This document shows, piece after piece, positions 57,400 through 64,000 of a stretch of DNA of 64,000 nt. The DNA is taken from positions 37,588 through 101,587 of the IMG/VR virus record IMGVR_UViG_3300032245_001170. The stretch is one strand, 5' to 3'. The first letter of the stretch is position 1; every line of letters starts with the position of its first letter. Position numbers and translations under genes: made by a program. This DNA is from a virus. The notes under the pieces were generated by a model. It had not been told where the DNA came from and made no database searches. It saw nothing but the letters and a program-made list of their open reading frames with translations.

Positions 57400-57942
57400 T
57401 CAATTTTTAGGGAAATCATCAAACCATTTGGTTATACCCGGCTCTGATGGGTCTCCGTCATAGGCCCCAGAGCCGTACCCCCAAGAACTAAAATCCGTCC
57501 CTCTACCAGTCATGTAATACGCCGCTTGGGCGTTAGTAACTGGGTCAAGCAGTTCCGCATCTTTTTTAATACCGAACTTCTCTCTACGGATGGCTCCTAG
57601 ATCTCCTATCATGTTGATCTGGAATAACCCGTAAGAGTTGTCTCCTGTAGCTGAAGTCTTGTTATGGGAAGTTGGGTGACCCCGGGACTCCTTCATAACT
57701 ACTGACCAAGCTACCTTTAGGCTGTTGCCTTCAAAACCAACCAGGGCCAAGAGGTCTTTCAACTCCTTGGAGGTCAGTTCTGTTGCCCCACGGTATTTGT
57801 CGAGTGGATCTACGACCTCTACTATTGTTTGTGTTGGGGTGTCTTTCTTGTTTTCTTCGGCTGCCATTGCTACGGGGATACCGCAGACTAATACTAAATA
57901 GGCCACCATAACTGCGATTTGCGATTTTGCATCTTTATGCAC
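57400..57942 (-). CDS. Secreted lysozyme-like/SLT transglycosylase
   Basis: Signal-like N-terminus; KES, YGLFQIN, L.DP..NA.AA, SSW. Confidence 0.82.
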   Translation of the reverse strand: MHKDAKSQIAVMVAYLVLVCGIPVAMAAEENKKDTPTQTIVEVVDPLDKYRGATELTSKELKDLLALVGFEGNSLKVAWSVVMKESRGHPTSHNKTSATGDNSYGLFQINMIGDLGAIRREKFGIKKDAELLDPVTNAQAAYYMTGRGTDFSSWGYGSGAYDGDPSEPGITKWFDDFPKN

Positions 57943-58164
57943 ACTATCTCCTAGGCTAGAAGGCCAGTTCTTACTTTACGTGACTGTCACCCACATAAAG
58001 CAACCTGGCGTCGGTCTGCCAGATTCGTACTGCAACCCTTTTGTTACGTAGTTAGTGATGGCCCAGTTGCCTGGACCATGGATATACCGTAGCAGTAACT
58101 ACAGGGGGTCAGCAACCAAGAAACCCATGTAGAATATCTTTTTGTCTAAAGAGAGGAATATCAC

Positions 58165-58314
58165 ATGACAACTTGGTCAAAACCATGGAATACACAGGAA
58201 ACAGTAGTTCCTGAAGTAAAAGTAGAAACTCCTGCGCCTGCAGCAGTTGTACAGCCTGTAGTAGAAGAAGTAAAGAAAACTACAAAGAAGACATCTGAGA
58301 CGCCAGCAGAGTAA
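58165..58314 (+). CDS. Small P/E/V-rich protein (absent from the ORF track)
   Basis: RBS GAGGA; TAATG overlap. Confidence 0.55.
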   Translation: MTTWSKPWNTQETVVPEVKVETPAPAAVVQPVVEEVKKTTKKTSETPAE

Positions 58315-58574
58315 TGCGTATTGAGCGCATCGTTACGAGACAAGGGCATCCCGTACCGGAGACAGCGCATCAGCCTAAAGGACCGTTTCCTCCTGAGTTG
58401 TTTCAATCACCGGAAGTAATTACAGATTACTTTCCACAACCAGATGGCGGAGTAGACGTACCTATTGGCGGAACAGCACAGAATGAATTTAAACAAGTAA
58501 GATGGTTTCGGTGTAAAATTTGTAGTGAACATCTGCGTGAAGCAGAGGTTATGGGACACGATTGTGAGGCATAA
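58314..58574 (+). CDS. C2HC zinc-finger small protein
   Basis: CKIC...H.C. Confidence 0.6.
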   Translation: MRIERIVTRQGHPVPETAHQPKGPFPPELFQSPEVITDYFPQPDGGVDVPIGGTAQNEFKQVRWFRCKICSEHLREAEVMGHDCEA

Positions 58575-58576
58575 GC

Positions 58577-58870
58577 TTGGCAAATCCAAGAAGTGTAGGA
58601 ACATTTTATTGGCATCCCTTGGTATATCCAGTAAAGCCTCCAGTAATGTGGGAAAGAGCTGAAACACAGGAAATAGCTTTTCCATTTAGAGGTGGGGTTG
58701 GTACTGCGGTACGTCTGCCATTCACTAGACTAGCTTTAGTTGTAGGTCGTTGGGTAAACTCTTATGATGAGAGTCAAGCTTTAACTAATGCCATCCATGG
58801 CAGAATACTTACAGAAGAAGAAGTTAATTGGGATTACGTTAGATTCGGAGCACAAGATGATGGGTATTAA
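58577..58870 (+). CDS. Hypothetical protein
   Basis: TTG start; packed in operon. Confidence 0.55.
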   Translation: MANPRSVGTFYWHPLVYPVKPPVMWERAETQEIAFPFRGGVGTAVRLPFTRLALVVGRWVNSYDESQALTNAIHGRILTEEEVNWDYVRFGAQDDGY

Positions 58871-59102
58871 GTTTCGTAAAGAATCGCCAGAGAAAGAAAA
58901 ATCTCGCATAGAGAAAAGAGTAGAGTCTTTGCCTACAGCAGATCTACTCCCTTGGACAGAGAACGCCCTGTACGCCATAGGTAGAAATCTATCTGCTTGG
59001 CAAAAAACAAAAGATTCCTCTACTTTAGAAGAGGCTCGTATAGGCGCAGAAGCTTTGCACGTAATCCTAGAATCTCTAGTAAAGAGACACTCAAATGGAT
59101 GA
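58857..59102 (+). CDS. Helical protein upstream of the terminase
   Basis: Overlaps the terminase start. Confidence 0.55.
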   Translation: MMGIKFRKESPEKEKSRIEKRVESLPTADLLPWTENALYAIGRNLSAWQKTKDSSTLEEARIGAEALHVILESLVKRHSNG

Positions 59103-60687
59103 TTTTGAGTACGACGATCAGTTTGAAGAATTAGACCCCGAAGAAGAGCTAGAGCAAGAAGAAGCGCCTTACGAAGAAGAAGAAGTAGATGAATTAGACG
59201 AACTCTCTAAAGAGTTTGTAAAAGCTTTGATTAACAAGATCATGACCTTCATGGAGATGCTTGTTGGATATAAGCTACACGCCTATCAAGAACCTCTTGC
59301 TAGAAGAATCATAGAGTCTGTAATTATTAATGATGGTGAGGAAGTGACTGCACTGGCTTCTCGTCAGTCAGGTAAGTCTGAAACGATTGCTAATACTGTG
59401 GCAACCTTGATGGTTATCCTTCCCCGCCTTGCAAAGATGTATCCAGATCTTCTAGGAAAGTTTGGAGACGGTATTTGGGTAGGTATGTTTGCCCCTATTC
59501 AATCTCAGGTAGAAACTCTTTACGGAAGAACGGTATCTAGACTTACAAGTGAACGGGCCCTTGAGGTATTGGGAGACCCTGAGATTGATGATATGGCTAC
59601 TAAATCTCCAGGAGTTATCAGAAACATAAAGTTGAAGAATTCTGGCTCTACCCTAATGATGATGACAGCTAACCCTCGTGCAAAGATCGAGTCTAAGTCT
59701 TTCCATCTCATCATTATTGATGAGTGTCAAGAAGCTGATGACTTTGTTGTATCAAAGTCTATTGCTCCTATGGGCGCTTACTACAACGCTACGATCGTAA
59801 AGACAGGCACGCCAACTACTTCCAAGAATAACTTTTATAGAGCCATTCAGTTAAACAAGCGTAGACAAACAACTAGGTCTGCAAAACAGAACCATTTTCA
59901 ATGGGACTGGAGAGACGTAGCAAAATTTAATGATAACTACGAAAAGTTTATCAAAAAAGAAATGTTAAGAGTTGGAGAGGATTCTGATGAGTTTCAAATG
60001 TCGTATAACTGTAAGTGGCTTTTGGAAAGAGGTATGTTCCTCACTTCTACTATTATGGATGATCTGGGGGATACTTCCCAAGAAATTGTTAAGAGCTGGC
60101 ATAGGTCTCCAGTCGTCGTTGGAATTGACCCCGCTAGAAAAATGGACTCTACGGTTGTTACTGTTGTCTGGGTTGATTGGGATCGCCCTGATGAGTTTGG
60201 CTATTACGACCATCGTGTTCTAAATTGGCTTGAGATCCAGGGAGACGACTGGGAAGAGCAATACTTCCAAATAGTTAACTTCCTACAAAACTATGATGTG
60301 CTAGCTATCGGGGTGGACTCTAATGGTGTAGGAGATGCTGTAGCTGGTCGCCTAAAGGTTTTGATGCCTAGGGCAGAAGTAGTGCCTATTACCTCAAGCC
60401 CTACAGAGCAATCTAAACGATGGAAGCATCTACAAGCTTTAATTCAACGTCAGATGGTTTCTTGGCCAGCCCATGCAAAAACCCGTCGTTTAAGACTTTG
60501 GAAGAAGTTTTATCAGCAAATGACCGATGCTGAGGTCCAATACAAGGGCCCCAACTTTTTAGTTGCTGCCCCAGACGAAGCCCATGCCCATGACGATTTT
60601 GTGGACTCTTTAGCAATAGCTTGTGCCATGACCCAGGATATGGTTATGCCAACTGTTGAAGTAAGTGCATCCCCATTTTTTTCTTAA
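59095..60687 (+). CDS. Terminase large subunit
   Basis: SRQSGKS, IIIDE, TGTP, VGIDPAR..D, HDDFVDS. Confidence 0.93.
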   Translation: MDDFEYDDQFEELDPEEELEQEEAPYEEEEVDELDELSKEFVKALINKIMTFMEMLVGYKLHAYQEPLARRIIESVIINDGEEVTALASRQSGKSETIANTVATLMVILPRLAKMYPDLLGKFGDGIWVGMFAPIQSQVETLYGRTVSRLTSERALEVLGDPEIDDMATKSPGVIRNIKLKNSGSTLMMMTANPRAKIESKSFHLIIIDECQEADDFVVSKSIAPMGAYYNATIVKTGTPTTSKNNFYRAIQLNKRRQTTRSAKQNHFQWDWRDVAKFNDNYEKFIKKEMLRVGEDSDEFQMSYNCKWLLERGMFLTSTIMDDLGDTSQEIVKSWHRSPVVVGIDPARKMDSTVVTVVWVDWDRPDEFGYYDHRVLNWLEIQGDDWEEQYFQIVNFLQNYDVLAIGVDSNGVGDAVAGRLKVLMPRAEVVPITSSPTEQSKRWKHLQALIQRQMVSWPAHAKTRRLRLWKKFYQQMTDAEVQYKGPNFLVAAPDEAHAHDDFVDSLAIACAMTQDMVMPTVEVSASPFFS

Positions 60688-60763
60688 TTTAGCATTTAAA
60701 AAGCAGCCCAAAGGTAGAGACTTATACCTGAGGACCCTCAATCCCTATGCATAAGGAGTAAAC

Positions 60764-61171
60764 ATGGCAGTAGAAAACATTGCCCCAACACCTCAGTTCC
60801 CTGAGAAGGTTGGCGCAACATACGAACGCAAGATGGCAGGATCAGTACCCGGACAACGTGGACCACTACGTTTCGAAGAAGGTATTGCAACTGACACAGA
60901 TGTCCCAAATGATTTTCAGGTGGGACTAGATCAAGGATATGACACCCCAGCTGGTCGTCCAAACCACAATGTTAACGTGTTTGAAAAGTATCCAGAAGAA
61001 ACAATGAAGCAACGTGCACATGTCGGTTCAGCCGCATGGCCAGAAGCTCCAATCTATAACGCAGAATTCTCTCAAGGTAACTTCGGTGATCACTCACAGG
61101 TAGTTATTGAAGAAGTAATCCGTTCAGGTGGACGCTACCAACGCACGAATCCTGCTCAAGTAGCAGACTAA
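60764..61171 (+). CDS. Head-module hypothetical protein
   Basis: Between terminase and portal; RBS AAGGAG. Confidence 0.7.
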   Translation: MAVENIAPTPQFPEKVGATYERKMAGSVPGQRGPLRFEEGIATDTDVPNDFQVGLDQGYDTPAGRPNHNVNVFEKYPEETMKQRAHVGSAAWPEAPIYNAEFSQGNFGDHSQVVIEEVIRSGGRYQRTNPAQVAD

Positions 61172-61187
61172 GTATAGTAGACTGTAG

Positions 61188-61231
61188 AGGCTCCCAACCC
61201 CGCACCCCTTCTCCGGGGTTGGGAGTCTTTA
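61188..61231 (+). terminator. 15-bp hairpin with a CCCCTTCTC loop and T-tract
   Basis: AGGCTCCCAACCCCG/CGGGGTTGGGAGTCT. Confidence 0.7.
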
Positions 61232-61305
61232 CTTAGAAATATTCTAAGTAAAAGAAGAGGGGAAAAACAAATGAGTATTAACGTTAAGATGGGGAGTTGT
61301 GAATA

Positions 61306-63012
61306 ATGGCTGGTGGCATTGATTTTTCACCTCCCAGTTACAGAGCTGCGTCATCCGATTTAACAATCTCAATTTCTCCTCTTGGTTTAGTAGAACTTGC
61401 AGATGAAGAGTTTGAAGTACACGGCCCTCGACTAAATAGATATTCACTTAACTGGGCAATGTATTTAGGCCATCACTGGTCTTATCGCCGTGAAATAGGC
61501 GAGTCACAAATGGTTTATAACTATTATCGTGCATTTACCGATTACATCATTAACTTTACATTTGGTCGCGGAGCATCTTTCCGAAGCCCTTCAGAAACAG
61601 AAGCTGTAGTACCAGACGCTCTTAAGAGAGTTTGGGAGATAGACAACGATAAGTATTCTGTAATGTGGGAAATGGGACAGCAAGGCGGAGTCTCTGGAGA
61701 TTGTTTTGTTAAAGTAGCATATGAAGAAGCTTACGAAGATTCTACAGGCCGTGCACATCCCGGTCGTGTTCGTATTCTTCCCTTAAACTCATCTTTTTGT
61801 TTCCCAGAGTTTCACCCACATGATCGTTCACGTTTAATTCGTTTTAAGCTTAAGTATCGCTTTTGGGGAACTTCTATGGAAGGTACTCGTCAGGTTTACA
61901 CCTACACTGAAATCCTGACAGATGATCGAATCGAAGAATATATTAATGACGAGTTAATTGACTCTCGTCCAAACCCAATTGGAATTGTTCCAATTGTACA
62001 TATTGCTAACGTACGTGTTTCAGGCTCACCTTGGGGCCTTTCAGATTGCCACGACATTATTGTTCTAAACCGTAACTATAACGAAGTTGCTACAGATATC
62101 GCAGATATTATTAACTACCATGCGGCACCAGTTACAGTTATTACAGGTGCTAAGGCCTCTTCCCTTGAAAAGGGTCCTAAGAAGGTCTGGGGCGGTCTTC
62201 CAAAAGACGCCCAAGTCTTTAACCTAGAAGGTGGCGGACAAGGCCTTCAAGGTGCAATGGAATATCTAAAGATAATCAAGACTGCTATGCACGAAATGGT
62301 TGGTGTTCCTGAGACTGCTCTAGGTCAAGTACAGCCAATCTCTAACACATCAGGTGTTGCTCTTTCTATTCAGTACCAGCCTTTGATGAATCGTTATCAA
62401 CAGAAGATGATTCAATACGGCGAAGGTATGCAGGCAATTAATAGTCTTATCCTCCGCACACTAGCATTTAAAGAGCCTGAAGTATTTATTTGGAATCAAG
62501 CAACTAACGGACCTATTAAGGCATTCCAACTTCCAGTTCTAGATATTAACAGCCCACTGACTTATGAGTCTTCAGTTCATTTCCCACCTCCACTACCTCT
62601 TGATAAGTTAATTGTTTTGAATGAAATTCAAAGTAAGATGGCTATGGGACTTGAAAGTCGTGAAGGTGCCCTACGTCAACTTGGTGAAGAATTCCCTGAC
62701 GAGAAGCTTGAAGAAATTAGAGCAGAGCTTATTGCTGATGCTAAGGCTGATGGAGCCCTACAGCTAGTAAAGAATCAAATTGCATCTTCTATCGCATCCT
62801 TAACAGGAATTTTGCCAGATGGATCCTTACCTCCAGGACAAGAACCTGGACAAGGTATAGGACCTGGCCCTACCGGACAGCCGGGAGTTATCTCCCCGCT
62901 TGAAGAAGGAGTACTGCAAGAACTACAGCAGACTCAAGTTGATCTTGTTACAGAGGCATACGGAACCAAGATTCCTCAACGGAGGACTCCTGATTCGGAT
63001 AAACCTGAATAA
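61306..63012 (+). CDS. Portal protein (SPP1 gp6-like)
   Basis: Position after the terminase; NP.G.VP.VH, G.SD, SG.AL motifs. Confidence 0.88.
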   Translation: MAGGIDFSPPSYRAASSDLTISISPLGLVELADEEFEVHGPRLNRYSLNWAMYLGHHWSYRREIGESQMVYNYYRAFTDYIINFTFGRGASFRSPSETEAVVPDALKRVWEIDNDKYSVMWEMGQQGGVSGDCFVKVAYEEAYEDSTGRAHPGRVRILPLNSSFCFPEFHPHDRSRLIRFKLKYRFWGTSMEGTRQVYTYTEILTDDRIEEYINDELIDSRPNPIGIVPIVHIANVRVSGSPWGLSDCHDIIVLNRNYNEVATDIADIINYHAAPVTVITGAKASSLEKGPKKVWGGLPKDAQVFNLEGGGQGLQGAMEYLKIIKTAMHEMVGVPETALGQVQPISNTSGVALSIQYQPLMNRYQQKMIQYGEGMQAINSLILRTLAFKEPEVFIWNQATNGPIKAFQLPVLDINSPLTYESSVHFPPPLPLDKLIVLNEIQSKMAMGLESREGALRQLGEEFPDEKLEEIRAELIADAKADGALQLVKNQIASSIASLTGILPDGSLPPGQEPGQGIGPGPTGQPGVISPLEEGVLQELQQTQVDLVTEAYGTKIPQRRTPDSDKPE

Positions 63013-63124
63013 CAAGTTTAGGCAGACAAACTAGAAATAGTTTGCCAGCCTATTACCACCTAATAATCCGCAGGTCATCGTGGCACTAAATCGGACAACG
63101 ACCTCTTAAACCTAAGGAAAAAGT

Positions 63125-63901
63125 ATGTCAGAAGCAACTAACGTTGTTGATACACCGGAAGCACAGGCAGCTTTTCTAGCCGATGTTCCAGTACCAACAG
63201 AAACACTAGTAACACCAGTAAAAGATCAAGCTTTGGTAGACAAGGCTTATAGTGAAGAAGATCTAAAGCGTGTACGTGAGCAAGAGAAATCAAAGCTCTA
63301 CCCACAAATAGATTCTCTTAAGGAAGAACTTAACTTGCTTAAGAAAGAACGCGAAGAACGCATTGCTGAAGCAGCTGCTCGTGCAGCTGAAGCAGAGGCA
63401 GAAGCCAAGAAAAAGGCTGAGGCTGAAATGGACGTTCGTCAGCTTCTTGAAAGCAAAGAACAAGAGTGGGCTCAAAAGTTGGAAGCAGAACGCTTAGAGC
63501 GTGAACGTGCTTTCACTCTTCTTGAGCGTGAGCGTCAGTATGCGGAACTCACTGAGTATCGCACCCGCCGCTTGGAAGATGAGCGTGATAACATCATGCC
63601 AGAGCTCGTAGATCTCATCTCAGGAAATACCCCTGACGAGATTGAACAAAGTATTACAGGACTTAGGGAGCGATCCGCAAGAATCCTGGAATCGGCGCAA
63701 TCTGCAATGCAGAATGCCCGTAAAGAAATGACTGGGAGTCGTGTAACAGCGCCTCCATCCGGACCGATGGACACTAATATGGAACAAAATCAGTTTACTG
63801 CGGAGCAGATTGCCGCAATGTCGGTTACCGAATACGCAAAATACCGAGGAAAGTTGCTGGGTAAATCAGCATCCGACCGAGGCAAGGGAATCTTCGGGTA
63901 A
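63125..63901 (+). CDS. Capsid scaffolding protein
   Basis: Coiled-coil, E/K/A-rich; C-terminal 'MS..EYAK.R'. Confidence 0.78.
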   Translation: MSEATNVVDTPEAQAAFLADVPVPTETLVTPVKDQALVDKAYSEEDLKRVREQEKSKLYPQIDSLKEELNLLKKEREERIAEAAARAAEAEAEAKKKAEAEMDVRQLLESKEQEWAQKLEAERLERERAFTLLERERQYAELTEYRTRRLEDERDNIMPELVDLISGNTPDEIEQSITGLRERSARILESAQSAMQNARKEMTGSRVTAPPSGPMDTNMEQNQFTAEQIAAMSVTEYAKYRGKLLGKSASDRGKGIFG

Positions 63902-63946
63902 GAAGTTACCTAATTAATCAAAAACTAACTAAGGAGTAAAACCGAC

Positions 63947-64000
63947 ATGGCATCAGCCGTAACAGGTACCGGCAATTTAGCCGCAGCACCTACCGCGTAC
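63947..64000 (+). CDS. Probable major capsid protein, N-terminus only
   Basis: Strong RBS AAGGAG; follows the scaffold gene; truncated by the window edge. Confidence 0.6.
   Translation, partial: MASAVTGTGNLAAAPTAY

Noticed and set aside
57943-58090. c-di-AMP (ydaO) riboswitch
   Set aside because: Context fits, but the conserved 3' CCCGUCAGCUAAC-type segment is missing; reported only as an unnamed structured leader

Overview
A 64-kb segment of a large, low-GC (roughly 42-45% by eye) tailed dsDNA phage, most likely a contractile-tailed actinobacteriophage. The host assignment rests on two WhiB genes, AGAAAG/GAAGGG-type RBSs and a Rpf/SLT-like hydrolase; the low GC would fit freshwater Actinobacteria, which is inference. 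Layout: end of the baseplate/tail module (1-4.8 kb); replication and recombination (5-22 kb: initiator, DnaC-like, DnaB, primase, SNF2, Hsp20, SSB, PolA, RecA, nucleases, dNMP kinase, SpoVS); an inverted lysis/surface-protein cassette (23.9-27.2 kb); small basic ORFans; a nucleotidyltransferase/HAD/TGT-fold cluster and class II RNR (32.5-37.7 kb); a minus-strand early/host-takeover arm (37.9-51 kb: HicA-like, MoxR/VWA, pyrimidine-dimer glycosylase); a repeat-rich strand-switch junction (~51.1 kb); then KTSC, an HslV-like protease, terminase, portal, scaffold and the start of the major capsid gene. The most unusual signal is non-coding. The early arm holds several 200-300-nt highly base-paired intergenic RNAs and a first gene enclosed by long-range 5'/3' pairing. 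An asymmetric CCAACACAAACAA motif recurs only in transcript sense, including inside unrelated CDSs. Three hairpins carry anti-Shine-Dalgarno loops. No tRNA, rRNA, CRISPR or integrase was recognised. All family calls come from visual motif recognition, not database searches.
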